Of a stretch of 64,000 nt of DNA, positions 11,144 through 23,646 are shown piece by piece. The position numbers were made by a program, and so were the translations under genes. The DNA comes from an uncultured Pseudomonadota bacterium (lineage in GTDB: Bacteria > Pseudomonadota > Alphaproteobacteria > Rhizobiales > Beijerinckiaceae). The notes beneath the pieces are model-generated. The model was not told the DNA's origin. It did no database searches and was given only the letters and a program-made list of their open reading frames with translations. The stretch spans positions 487 through 64,486 of the forward strand of contig CAWIEP010000046.1 in NCBI GenBank assembly GCA_963835115.1, in the 5' to 3' direction. Positions within the stretch are counted from its first letter, which is position 1; the number at the start of each line of letters is the position of its first letter.

Positions 11144-12391
11144 TTAAGCGATCCAGGCGCGCCCATGCGCCCCGCGCGGCAGGCCGAGCTTGGCCGCAAT
11201 CGTCTCGGCGACGTCGGCGAGGCTCGCGCGCGCGCCAATCGGGCCGGCGGGCGCTCCGCCGCCGAAGGCGAGGATCGGAACGTGCTCGCGCGTGTGGTCG
11301 AAGCCGCGGAACGTCGGATCGTTGCCGTGGTCGGCGGTGATGACGCAAGTAGTCGGTCGGGCGCATCGCCGCTTCGATGGCCCCGAGCCGTCGATCGAAG
11401 GCTTCGAGGCAGGCGGCATAACCGGGGACGTCGCGGCGATGGCCCCATTCGGTGTCGAAATCGACGAGATTGACGAAGATCAGGCCGCCGTCGGCGCGTC
11501 GTCTCCAGCGCGTCGAGGAGAAGATCGACATTGCCGTCGTTGCTCTTGCCCTTGCGCTCGTCTCCGGTGTCGCGATGGGCGAAGATGTCGCCGATCTTGC
11601 CGATCGAGACGACGGCGCGGCCCGCGCGCGCGGCGCGCTGCAGGATATTGCCCTCCGGCGGCGGCATGGCGAAATCCTTGCGGTTGGCGGTGCGGGCGAA
11701 GTCCGTGGCGCTCGCGCCCGACGAAAGGGCCGGGCGATCACGCGGCCGATGTTCAGCGGATCGCAGAGGCGGCGCGCGATCCGGCAAAGATCATAGAGCC
11801 GCTCGCGGCCGAAAGCCTGCTCATGCGCGGCGATCTGCAGCACCGAGTCGGCGGAGGTGTAGCAGATGGGTTTCAGCGTCCGCAGATGCTCCTCGCCATA
11901 ATCCTCGATGACCGCCGTGCCGGAAGCGTGGCGGTTGGCGAGAATGCCAGTCAGCTTGCCTTCGGCGATCAGCGCCTCGGTCAGCGCGGCGGGAAGGCGG
12001 GAATGGTCTGCGGGAAATAGCCCCAGTCGAAATCGACCGGCGTGCCGGCAAGCTCCCAATGGCCGGACGGCGTGTCCTTGCCGCGCGACGTCTCGACGCC
12101 ATAGCCCCACTGGCCGCGCGGCTGGGGAAGCGCGAAGCCCGGCGGCGCGCGGCCGGTCGAAGCCTTCATGGCGTGGCCAAGGCCGAGCGCCTCGAGGCGC
12201 GGCAGTTTCAGCGGTCCGCGCCGCAGTCCTTCGCGGTCGCCGCTTCCCGCAGCGCAGGCTTCGGCGATATGGCCGAGGGTGTCGGCGCCCTCGTCGCCAT
12301 AAGCCGCCGCGTCCTCGGCGCCGCCGCAGCCGACCGAATCGAGGACGATGAGGATCGCGCGGCCAAATGTCGAGGTCACGGCAGCAGCCAT
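11144..12391 (-). CDS. deoB: Phosphopentomutase, frameshifted
   Basis: [83 protein letters not shown]. Confidence 0.93.
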
Positions 12392-12425
12392 AATGCGTCT
12401 TCCGGCACGACGGCCACAGTAAACC

Positions 12426-12551
12426 GCCTCATCCTGAGGAGCGATGCGGAGCATCGCGTCTCGAAGGATGATCGAGCTCGCGAGAAGAGTGGCGTGCTCT
12501 CGATCGTCCTTCGAGACGCGCGGTCTACGGCGCCGCTCCTCAGGACGAGGC
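12426..12551. repeat. Rhizobiales-type palindromic intergenic element (REP/MITE-like)
   Basis: Left arm GCCTCATCCTGAGGAGC..CGCGTCTCGAAGGATGA is the inverse of right arm TCGTCCTTCGAGACGCG..GCTCCTCAGGACGAGGC; lies between yejF and deoB. Confidence 0.85.
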
Positions 12552-12568
12552 AGTGCATCGGCTGGCTC

Positions 12569-14203
<1,635 letters not shown>

Positions 14204-14207
<4 letters not shown>

Positions 14208-15432
14208 AGGAACGTCTTTCTTGGATCGAAAGCGTCGCGCACCGCCTCGCCGATGAAGATCAGGAGCGACAGCATGAGCGCCGTGACGACGAAGGCGGAG
14301 AGGCCGATCCAGGGCGCCGACAGATTGGACTTGCCCTGCAGCAGGAGTTCGCCGAGCGAGGGCGAGCCGGGCGGCATGCCGAGACCGAGGAAGTCGAGCG
14401 AGGTCAGCGTGCTGATCGAGGAATTGACGATGAACGGCAGGAAGGTCAGCGTCGCCACCATCGCGTTCGGCAGCACGTGCTTGACGATGATCTTGGCGTT
14501 GGAGAGCCCGAGCGCGCGCGCCGCGTTGACATATTCGAAATTGCGGCGCGCGCAGGAACTCGGCCCGCACGAGATGAACGAGGCTCACCCACGAGAACAG
14601 GAGCAGGATCGTCAGGAGGACGAAGAAGCTCGGCGCGAGGATCGCCGAGAGGATGATGAGGATGTAGAGATGCGGCAGCGACGACCAGATCTCGATCACC
14701 CGCTGCATCGTGAGATCGAGCCAGCCGCCGAAATAGCCCTGCACCGCGCCGGCGAAGACGCCGATCACCGACGAGACGCCGGCGAGCGTCAGGCCGAACA
14801 GAATCGAGATGCGAAAGCCGTAGATGAGGCGGGCGACGATGTCGTGCCCGTCCTGATCGGAGCCAAGCCAGAGCGGTTCGAGCCTGCTGCAGGGGCGCGG
14901 TACGGTCGCGGCGTCCTTGACTTTCTGCTTCTCGAGCGCGGCGCGGCATTGGGCGTCGCTCAGCATCCAGGTCGGGGGCGTCGGCAGCGGCGTCGGCGGG
15001 TTGAGGATGGTGGTCGAGTTGGCGAAGCGGATCGGCGGCCAGACCATCCAGCCATGCGCCTTGATCTCGTCGGCGATGAAGGGGTCGCGAAAATCCGCGC
15101 GCGCCTGGAACCCGCCGAACTTGTCCTCGGGATAGTCGAAGAGGATCGGGAACAGGATCTCGCCTTTGTAGGAGGCGACCAGGGGCCGATCGTTGGCGAT
15201 GAACTCGGCAAACAATGAAGCGACGAACAGGACCAGAAAGATCGAGCAGCGACCATGCGCCGCGCCTGTTGCGGCGGAAATTGTCGAGCCGGCGCCGGTT
15301 CATCGGCGAGAGCCAGGGCCGCCGTTCGATACCGGCGCGTTCTTTGGCCTGCTCAGGGCCGAGCGGCTTGGCGCCGTCATGGCCGGGCTTGACCCGGCCA
15401 TCCACGGCTTGGGGCGCTTCGAGGTCCGTCAT
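14204..15432 (-). CDS. yejE: ABC transporter permease YejE-like, frameshifted
   Basis: LSPMNRRRLDNFRRNRRG, AEFIANDRPL, ARLIYGFRISILFGL, LPNAMVATLTFLPF, SLGELLLQGK. Confidence 0.88.
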
Positions 15433-15507
15433 ATGGACTCCCCCGCTGCGGTGGCCGATCGAGCAGGCCCAGTCGCGTGGATGGCCGGGTCAAGCCCGGC
15501 CACGACG
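15375..15507. repeat. Inverted pair of 32-bp REP-like palindromes (CGTCATGGCCGGGCTTGACCCGGCCATCCACG)
   Basis: 15375-15406 and 15476-15507 are reverse complements with one mismatch; each arm is itself a GGCCGGG/CCCGGCC hairpin. Confidence 0.9.
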
Positions 15508-15533
15508 ATTCTACGGGCGCCCAAGTCCACCCG

Positions 15534-16634
15534 TCACACCTCGCGCGTTTCGAAATCGATGCGCGGATCGATCCAGGTGTAGGTCAGGTCGGAGATGAGA
15601 TTCACCACGAGGCCGATCAGCGCGAAGATATAGAGGTTGGCGAGCACCACCGGATAGTCGCGCTGAATGAGCAAATCGTAGGAGAGATAGCCGAGGCCGT
15701 CGAGCGAGAACACCTGCTCGATCAGGAGCGAGCCGGTGAAGAAGGCGCCGATGAAGGCGCCGGGAAACCCTGCGATGACGATCAGCATCGCGTTGCGGAA
15801 CACGTGGCCATAGAGCACGCGGCGCTCGGTCAGGCCCTTCATCCGCGCGGTCTGCACGTAGGATTTCTTGATCTCGTCGAGGAAGGAATTTTTCGTCAGC
15901 AGCGTCGAGGTCGCGAACGCGCCGAGGACCAGCGCCGTCACCGGCAGCGTGATGTGCCAGAGATAGTCGAGGATCTTGTGCGGCCAGCTGAGGTCGGCGA
16001 AATTGTCGGAGGTGAGCCCGCGCAGCGGGAAGATCTGCCAGAACGAGCCGCCGCAGAACAGCACGACCAGCAGCACCGCGAACAGGAAACTCGGGATCGC
16101 GTAGCCGAAGATGACGAGCGCCGAGGTCACGGTGTCGAAGCGGGAGCCGTCCTTGACCGCCTTGCGAATGCCAAGCGGGATCGAGATCGCGTAGGAGATG
16201 ACCGTCATCCACATGCCCAGCGAGATCGAGACCGGCAGTTTTTCCTTGATCAGCTGGAGCACCGGCACGTCGCGATAGTAGCTCTTGCCGAAATTGAAGG
16301 TCGAATAGTCGCGCACCAGAATCCAGAAGCGCTCCCACGCCGGCTTGTCGAAGCCGTATTGCTTCTCGAGCTCCTTGATGAATTTGGGGTCGAGGCCCTG
16401 CGAGCCGCGATAGCGCGAGGAGATGTCGCCCCCCGCCTGCGCGGTCCCCGCGCCGATCTGGCCGCCGCCGCCGCCGAATTGCGCGGTCGAGCTTTGGTCC
16501 GCGCCCTGCAGTTGCGAGATCGCGCGCTCGACCGGGCCGCCCGGCACGAATTGCACGATCGCGAAGGACACCGCCATGATGCCGAGGATCGTCGGGATCA
16601 TCAGCAGGAGGCGGCGGAGGATATAGGCGAGCAT
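15534..16634 (-). CDS. yejB: ABC transporter permease YejB
   Basis: MLAYILRRLLLMIPT, QFVPGGPVE, YRGSQGLDP, LTKNSFLDEI, HVFRNAMLIVIAGFP, IDPRIDFE; intact. Confidence 0.93.
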   Translation of the reverse strand: MLAYILRRLLLMIPTILGIMAVSFAIVQFVPGGPVERAISQLQGADQSSTAQFGGGGGQIGAGTAQAGGDISSRYRGSQGLDPKFIKELEKQYGFDKPAWERFWILVRDYSTFNFGKSYYRDVPVLQLIKEKLPVSISLGMWMTVISYAISIPLGIRKAVKDGSRFDTVTSALVIFGYAIPSFLFAVLLVVLFCGGSFWQIFPLRGLTSDNFADLSWPHKILDYLWHITLPVTALVLGAFATSTLLTKNSFLDEIKKSYVQTARMKGLTERRVLYGHVFRNAMLIVIAGFPGAFIGAFFTGSLLIEQVFSLDGLGYLSYDLLIQRDYPVVLANLYIFALIGLVVNLISDLTYTWIDPRIDFETREV

Positions 16635-16668
16635 GCTATCGGCCCCCGGGACGGAGGCGCTTCTCGTC

Positions 16669-16731
16669 CCTTCTCCCCGCAATCGGGAAGAAGGCTAGGA
16701 CGCCAACCCTCTCCCCGCAAGCGGGAGAGGG
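16669..16731. repeat. Two REP-like hairpins (CCCTCTCCCCGCAAGCGGGAGAGGG type)
   Basis: 16669-16694 and 16707-16731 are similar imperfect palindromes in the yejA-yejB spacer. Confidence 0.7.
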
Positions 16732-16774
16732 AGGCTTAGCGGCAACCATGACCCGACCGCCGTGTCATAGGATC

Positions 16775-18649
16775 TCACAGGCCAATGGTTTTCGCCTTTG
16801 CTTCGTCCCACCACCAGGTTCCCGGCGCGCCGGTGCTGAGTCTGCGGCTGACTGCTCGGGACGGGAAAACGCGTCCCAATGCGCGACCCAGGACGTGTCG
16901 CGATACCACATCGGAACCCAGTAGTGACCGGCGCGCAAGGACGCGGTCGAGCGCGCGGGCGCGCCGTGTTGAGTTCGTCGCGCGATTTCGCATTCGCGAT
17001 CGTCTCGACGAGCGCGTCGACGACCGGATCGGAGACGCCGGCCAGATTGCGCGAGGCGTTCTGCTTCGCGGACTCCGACGTAAAGACGTTCCGAAGGTCG
17101 ACGCCCGGCGGTAAAAGTCCGCCGGACGCGGTCGTCACCACGTCGAAGTCGAAAGCGTCGGTGCGGCTCTTGTATTGCGCGGGATCGACGATGCGATAAT
17201 TCGCCTGGATGCCGAGCTTGCCGAGGTTCTGGATGAACGGCAACGTATGCGGCTGGAGAGCGCTGCTGCTGTCGAGGAACTCGATCGTCGAGCGGCTTGC
17301 CGTCCGGCAGGATCATCGCCGAACCCTCGCGCTTGCACCCCGCCGCGAGCAGAAGGTCGTAGGCCTGCTTGAGCAGCTTGCGGTCGGACCCGGAGCCGTC
17401 GCTCTCCGGCGGCACATAAGGGCTCGTCGAAGACGGCGGGCGCGAGCTTGTCGCGGAAGGGCTCGAGCAGCTTGAGTTCGTCCGGGCCGGGCTTGCCCTT
17501 CGCCTCCATGTCGGTGTTTGGGAAAGTAGGAGATGATCCGCTTGTAGGCGGAATACATGATGTTCTTGTTGGTCCAATCGAAGTCGAAGCAGAGGCCGAT
17601 CGCTTCGCGCACGCGCGGGTCCTTGAACTGGTCGCGCCGCGTGTTGAGCTGCCAGCCTTGCGTCCTGGACGGCGCGCCGTCGTGCAAGATCTCCTTCTTC
17701 ACCCGGCCGTCCTTGAGCGGCGGGAAAGTCGTAAGCGGTCGCCCAGAAGCGCGACGTGTACTCCTCGTGATAGTTGATCGCTCCCGCCTTGAACGCCTCG
17801 AACGCGACCTGCCGCTCGCGATAATATTCGAAGCGCAGGCGATCGAAGTTGTTCTGCCCGAGGTTCACCGGCAGCTTGGCGCCCCAATAGTTGGGGTCGC
17901 GCGCGTATTCGATGAACCGGCCCTGCTCGAACGTCTTGACCTTGTAGGGCGCCTGAACCCAGCGGCGCATCGAGCGTCGCCGCGGTGAAATCGCGCCCGT
18001 TCCACCACGCCGCCGAAAACACGGGCATGCCGACGACGATCAGATGCGCGTCGCGGCTGCGGCCCTGGACGAAGCGCACATGCACGACGTCGTCGCCTTC
18101 GGCGTTCGCCGATTCCACCTCCTTCAGGAGCTGGGCGTAGATCGGATGGCCCTTCTCCTTCAGCACGTTGAGCGAAAAGGCGACATCGGCCGCCGTGACC
18201 TTCGAACCGTCGAAGAAGCGCGCCTCGGGACGCAGCCGGAAGCGGTAATCGAGCTTGTCGGGCGAGACCCGGACCGATTGCGCGAGCAGGCCGTAGACGG
18301 AATCGGGTTCATCGCCATTGGCGGTCATCAGCGTGTCGAAGGTGGCCGACATGCCAGCCGCGCCATTGCCCTTCCAGGAGTAGATATTAAGCGTGTCGAA
18401 GGTGTCGAAGTTCTGGTTGCCGCTCGTCCCGGTGATCTGCAGCGACAACAGGCCGCCGGTCGGCGCGCTTGGGTTCACATAGGAAAAATGCGGGAAATCG
18501 GCGGGCAAAGCGAGATCGCCGAACGACGACAGGCCATGCGTCTCGACGGAATCGTCGGCGAGCGCGGCGAACGGGCGGCAGACAAGCGTCGCCAGCGCGC
18601 CGCCCGCTCCGGCCTTCAACGCCGCCCTGCGGGTCAAGCTCATGGTCAT
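16775..18649 (-). CDS. yejA: Extracellular peptide-binding protein YejA-like, Tat signal, frameshifted
   Basis: SLTRRAALK Tat motif, HGLSSFGDL...FPHFSYVNP.AP.GG, GQNNFD, RVREAI...FDFDWTNK, LRAGHYWVPMW. Confidence 0.88.
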
Positions 18650-18835
18650 CGAATCGTCCGCCTCATGGCTCGTTCCGCGAGGGTGTACCGCGCATGAGCG
18701 GTCTTCGCCAGCGAGCGCGGCGAAAACGAGGCGCAAGCGGGACGCGGGCCTGAAAGCTGAATTAAACTTCGTCCATGAGGCTTGCTGTCTTGGAGCGACC
18801 TTGGCGCCGCGCTTATGGCGGTCTTACATCGGGCC

Positions 18836-19990
18836 ATGGCGATTCGAAACCTAAGATCGCTCCGGTTGGCGGACCTCGGCGCGCCCGCGAGCGCGCCGGG
18901 GCGTCTCACGATCGACCTTGGCGCGCTCGCCGACAATTGGCGCGCGCTGGCGCGCCGCGCGGCGCCGGGCCGATGCGCGGCCGTCATCAAGGCCGACGCT
19001 TACGGAACCGGCGTCTCGGAAGCCGCGCCAGCTTTGTGGGACGCGGGCGCGCGCGTCTTCTTCGTCGCCCATTTCAACGAGGGGATCGCGGCGCGGCAGG
19101 CGCTGCCCTCTGAGGCTCGGATCTATGTGCTGAACGGCCTCGAGCATATGGCCGATCCCGCTGATTATGCCGAGCATCGCCTCGCGCCCGTGATCGGCGG
19201 CGACGAGGAGCTCAGGCGTTGGGCCGCCTTCGCCGCGCGCCGCAACTGGACAAACCCTTGCGCGATTCATCTCGACACCGGCATGAACCGGCTCGGCTTC
19301 GAATCCCTCGCGTCTCTACAAGCGGCGATGGAGACGCATGGAGCCGTCAGCGGGGCCGATCTCCTGATCAGCCATTTCGTCTCGTCCGAGATCCCCGGCG
19401 ATCCCCTCAACCAGGCGCAGATCGAGCGGTTCGAGGCTGCGCGAGCGGCCTTTCCAGGCCTTGTCGCCTCGCTCGCCAACTCCTCGGGCATGTTCCTCGA
19501 GCCCTCGCCCGTCTACGACCTCGCGCGACCGGGCTATGCGCTTTACGGCGGCAATCCGACGCCGCGCCGCCCGAACCCGATGCGCGCCGTGGTGACGCTC
19601 ACGGTTGCGATCCAGCAGATCCGCTCGATCGAAACGGGCATGGCCTGCGGCTATAATTCCCAGTGGACAGCGAGGCGCCCGACCCGGCTCGCGACCCTCC
19701 TCATCGGCTACGCGGACGGCCTGCCGCGCGGGGCGGGCGCGACGGATTCCAAGCCGGGCGCCGAAGTCGCGGTCGCCGGTCGCCGGGCGCCGCTGGTCGG
19801 ACGGGTCTCGATGGACCTCGCCATCGTCGATGTCACCGACGTCCCGACGGATGCGGTCAAACCGGGCGACCCCGTCGAGCTCTTCGGCCCGACCATCGGC
19901 CTCGACGAGTTCGCCTCGCGCAGCGGCACGATCGGCTATCACGTCTTGACGAGCCTGGGACCGCGCTACCAGCGGACCTATGTGCGCTAG
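18836..19990 (+). CDS. alr: Alanine racemase
   Basis: AVIKADAYG PLP-Lys motif, IHLDTGMNRLG, SLANSSG, RPGYALYG, IGYADG, VGRVSMD, GTIGY. Confidence 0.96.
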   Translation: MAIRNLRSLRLADLGAPASAPGRLTIDLGALADNWRALARRAAPGRCAAVIKADAYGTGVSEAAPALWDAGARVFFVAHFNEGIAARQALPSEARIYVLNGLEHMADPADYAEHRLAPVIGGDEELRRWAAFAARRNWTNPCAIHLDTGMNRLGFESLASLQAAMETHGAVSGADLLISHFVSSEIPGDPLNQAQIERFEAARAAFPGLVASLANSSGMFLEPSPVYDLARPGYALYGGNPTPRRPNPMRAVVTLTVAIQQIRSIETGMACGYNSQWTARRPTRLATLLIGYADGLPRGAGATDSKPGAEVAVAGRRAPLVGRVSMDLAIVDVTDVPTDAVKPGDPVELFGPTIGLDEFASRSGTIGYHVLTSLGPRYQRTYVR

Positions 19991-20139
19991 ACAGCCATTT
20001 TCTCTTCTCACAATCAGAAATTTGTGGTATGGTTTCCTCTTGGCGGAATTCGGCTCGCCCTCAGCCGGCGCGCAGCAAGGATTGGAATGGATGTCGGTCT
20101 GAAGCCTTCGCGCACAACCTGAGAGGCGAGCGGAGAAGA

Positions 20140-20276
20140 AAGAAGATTTTTTATTTGAATCCGCCGTAACCCTCTGAAAAGTCCCGATTCGGAAAAATTT
20201 ATGAAAGGAAATGAAAGAAAATAAAAGCCGTTTTCCTTTCATTTTTATTCCTTTCATTTATTTGAATTGAATTCCC
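20140..20276. repeat. AT-rich intergenic dispersed element, copy 2
   Basis: GTAACCCTCTGAAAAGTCCCGATTCGG...AAAGGAAAT; tail has ATGAAAGGAA and two TTCCTTTCAT complements. Confidence 0.6.
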
Positions 20277-20378
20277 GCGCCGGTTGAATCCTGACCCTCT
20301 GGCGGGCCGGTTGCGGTCGAAGGTCGGCGCCGGTTCAGCGCTCGAAGCGGCGGCGACGGCCGCTCGGTGGAGGCGTTG

Positions 20379-20768
20379 ATGCTGTTCATGGTCGTCGAGC
20401 ATTTCCGCGACAACGACATGATCCCGGTCTACCAGCGCCTGCGTCAGGCGGGCCGGTCGCTGCCGGAGGGCCTCGACTATGTCGAGAGTTGGGTCGCGGC
20501 CGATTTCTCGCGCTGCTTCCAGCTCATGCGCTGCGATGACCTCCGGTCTATCCAGGCTTGGGTTCTCAAGTGGCGCGGCTTGGGGGTCACGTTCGAAATC
20601 ATCCCCGTCGTCACCAGCGCCGAGACGCGGGCGGTCGTCGAGCCTCATCTCGAACCCCCGATCGACCGGCATGATCCGATCCGGCCCAGGAGGTTGATAA
20701 CGTCATACTTTGAGTGCATCGATGGCTTGGCCGTTGCGTCGCGCGGCCCATTTTCGAGAGGAAATTGA
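20379..20768 (+). CDS. DUF3303-family protein (true stop may be near 20697)
   Basis: MLFMVVEHFRD...VYQRL...GRSLPEGLDYVESWV..D..RCFQLM.CDD....QAW...W.....FEIIPVVTSAE. Confidence 0.75.
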   Translation: MLFMVVEHFRDNDMIPVYQRLRQAGRSLPEGLDYVESWVAADFSRCFQLMRCDDLRSIQAWVLKWRGLGVTFEIIPVVTSAETRAVVEPHLEPPIDRHDPIRPRRLITSYFECIDGLAVASRGPFSRGN

Positions 20769-20773
20769 AGCCG

Positions 20774-21005
20774 ATGTCTCTTTCGCTCTATGAGAGCAGC
20801 GTCCCGGTCTACGAGCGCGGGCTCAACGCGTTTCTCGCCATTCTCGACAAGGCGGAGGAGCATGCGAAGGCGCGCAAGTTCGACCCGAATAGCTACCTCG
20901 CTATGCGTCTCAGCCCGGACATGTTCCCGCTTGTCCGCCAAGTGCAGAGCTTCTGCGATCACGCCAAGAACTCGTCGTTCCGGCTGGCCGCCAAGGATCC
21001 GCCCC
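20774..21005 (+). pseudogene. DUF1993-family gene, 5' half only
   Basis: MSLSLYESSVP...L.AILDKAEEHA.A....YL..RL.PDMFPL.RQVQ..CDHAK....RLA; similarity stops abruptly at about 21005. Confidence 0.8.
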
Positions 21006-21788
21006 GCAGCCGATCGTCGACCTCACCGCATTCAAAGACCGCAATTTCTGGACCGGCTGGTGTTCTCCTCGGTGATGGGCATCGGCCTCTACGGGCTGAC
21101 CTATATCTATCCCGTCTATCTCGCGGTCGGTGCGCGGCTACACGCCGTTGATGATCGGCGAGACGATGTTCGTCACGGGCGTCTGCATGTTCATCATGGC
21201 GCCGATCTCCGGCCGGTTGATGACGAGGGTCGATCCGCGGCTGATGATCGCGATCGGCTTTGTCGGCTTCGCGTTCGGCACCTGGCTGGCCTCCGAAATG
21301 ACCGCCGACTGGGATTTCTGCGAATTGCTCGTTCCGCAGATGTTTCGCGGCTGCTCGCATGATGCTGTGCATGGTGCCGATCAACAATCTCGCGCTCGGC
21401 ACGATGCCGCCGCAGAAGATGAAGAACGCCTCCGGCCTCTTCAATCTCACCCGCAATTTCGGCGGCGCGGTCGGGCTCGCGGTCATCAACACCATGCTCG
21501 ACAAGCGCATGGACCTGCATCTTCAGCGGCTGCGCGAATCGGTGATCTGGGGCCGCAGCGTCGCCGACGAGACGATGACCAATATGACCGCCGCCATGGC
21601 CGCGCGCGGCTCCGACGCGGCGATGGCGGCGACCAAACAGATGGCGCTGATGGTGCGCCGGCAGGCCGAAGTGATGGCGCTCGCCGACGTATTCCTGAGT
21701 GCTCACCGCGATCTTTCTGGCCACGCTGTGGCTTGCCGCGCTCATGCGCCGGCCGCAGATGGCGGGCGGCGGCGGCGGGGGACACTAG
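21006..21788 (+). pseudogene. DHA2/EmrB MFS efflux permease, 3' half only
   Basis: QPIVDLTAFKDRNF, MGIGLYGLTYIYPVYL, RGY..LMIGETMFVTG, NASGLFNLTRNFGGAVGLA, ends GGGGH*; no 5' half or start codon. Confidence 0.8.
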
Positions 21789-21848
21789 CCCTGGGCAAGC
21801 CCGGCCGCGCAAGTTCGCCCGCCTAAGGGTTTTGGCGGGCGACGGACG

Positions 21849-22899
21849 ATGTGGGCTCAAAAGACGACGACGCCGATCTATGCGCCGATGACGCATGGCG
21901 TGGCGCTCGACCAATCCTTTTTTTCTCTCGACGCGCAGGCCGGCCGCCCCGCAGTGTTGGCGCTCATCGGCCGCCTGCCCCTGGCGGACGCCGAGGCCGC
22001 GCTCGTCGCGCTCCAGGCGCGCGCCCCCGAATTCGCCGCCCTCGGCGCCGATCTGACGGCGCTGATCGAAATCGAAGCGGCGCGCGACTATCTCGCGCCG
22101 GTCGCGCCCGACGTGCGGCGGGTTTTTTCCCCTCCCGACGTGTTCGCCGCCTGGCGTTTCGCTCACACAGCGCCCGCGCTTTACGCGCTCGACGGCGCCG
22201 GCCGCATCGCCGCCGGGCCGCTCGCGGGCGACGACTGCGCCGCCGCACTGCTTCTCGCCGCACTCGCGGTCTTGCCGCGCGAGACGCCGTTCGACGACGC
22301 CTGCCCCGCGCCCGTCCTCGCCATTCCGGACATCTTCGAGCCCAAATCTCTGCCGCGACCTGATCGCGCATTTCGAGGCGGGCAAGCCGGAATTCGGCGG
22401 CATGGCGTCGGTCGACGCCAGCGGGGCGTTCGCCCACAAGGTCGATCACGGCAAGAAGCACCGCTACGACTTGGTGCTGGGCCCGCGCGACCCCTTTCAA
22501 GGCCGGGCGTTGGCGGCGATCCTCATGCGCTGCCTGCCGGAGATCAAGAAGGCGTTCCACGTCGACATCGCCCACACCGATCGCATCCTGTTGGCGCGAT
22601 ACGACGAGACCGGCGGCTATTTCAAACGCCATCGCGACAATTCAGCGCCGAGCGTCGCCTTCCGCCAGTTCGCGCTGACGATAAATCTCAACGACGATTA
22701 CGACGGCGGCCACGTGCTGTTCCCGGAATACAATCTGCGCCGATACCGCCCGCGCGGCGGCGCCGGGGTGGTGTTCTCATGCTCGCTGCTGCACGAGGCC
22801 GCGGCGGTGACGCGCGGCCGACGCTATTGCCTGCTGACGTTTCTGCACGACGCCGCCGCGCAGGCGCGCTGGCTGAACGCGACGCCGCGAGCGTCTTGA
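21849..22899 (+). CDS. 2OG-Fe(II) oxygenase with N-terminal degenerate redoxin-like domain, frameshifted
   Basis: APVLAIPDIFEP linker, YFKRHRDN (HxD), INLNDDYDGG, VFSCSLLHEA, RGRRY; N-terminal QAGRPAVL. Confidence 0.8.
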
Positions 22900-22987
22900 C
22901 GGACCCCCTGCCCGCTGCTAATTCCGGCGTCGCCTTCGAGGACGAAAATATCGTTTTTCGTCAATAGGTTGCAAAGCGACGACAATC

Positions 22988-23609
22988 ATGGCGGTGAGAT
23001 TTCACGAACGCGATCTGCCGGAGGGCTACGATTTCCGATCCGTGGTGGCGATCGACACCGAGACCATGGGGCTGGCGATCGGCCGCGATCGGCTGTGCGT
23101 CGTGCAACTCAGCCGCGGCGACGGCGACGCGGAAATCGTGCGCATCGGCCCCGGCCAAACGCCAGGCCCCGCGTCTCGCCGCGATGCTCGCCGACCCCTT
23201 GGTGCTAAAGCTGTTTCACTTCGGCCGCTTCGACATGGGCGTGCTGGCGCACGCCTTCGGCGTCATGCCGGCGCCGGTCTATTGCACCAAGATCGCCTCG
23301 AAACTGGCGCGCACCTACACCGACCGGCACGGCCTGAAGGACCTGGTGAAGGAGCTTCTCGGCGTCGACCTTTCCAAGCAGCAGCAAAGCTCGGATTGGG
23401 GCGCGGACGCGCTGAGCGAGGCGCAGCTCGCCTACGCCGCCTCCGATGTGCTGCACCTGCATGGCTTGCGCAACAAGCTCGACGCGATGCTGGCGCGAGA
23501 AAGCCGCGACGGCCTCGCGCAGGCCGCGTTTGCCTACCTTCCCGATCGCGTGCGCCTGGATCTCGCAGGGTTCGAGGCGATGGACGTGTTTTCGCACGCC
23601 TCGCCCTAA
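22988..23609 (+). CDS. Short RNase D-like DEDDy exonuclease (nanoRNase C type), frameshifted
   Basis: VAIDTETMGL...RDRLCVVQLS.GDG, FHFGRFD, CTKIASKLARTYTDRHGLK, SKQQQSSDWG, YAASDVLHL, DVFSH. Confidence 0.88.
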
Positions 23610-23646
23610 GCGAATGCCCCCGGCGGTCGCCGTCCCGGGCTTCGCG

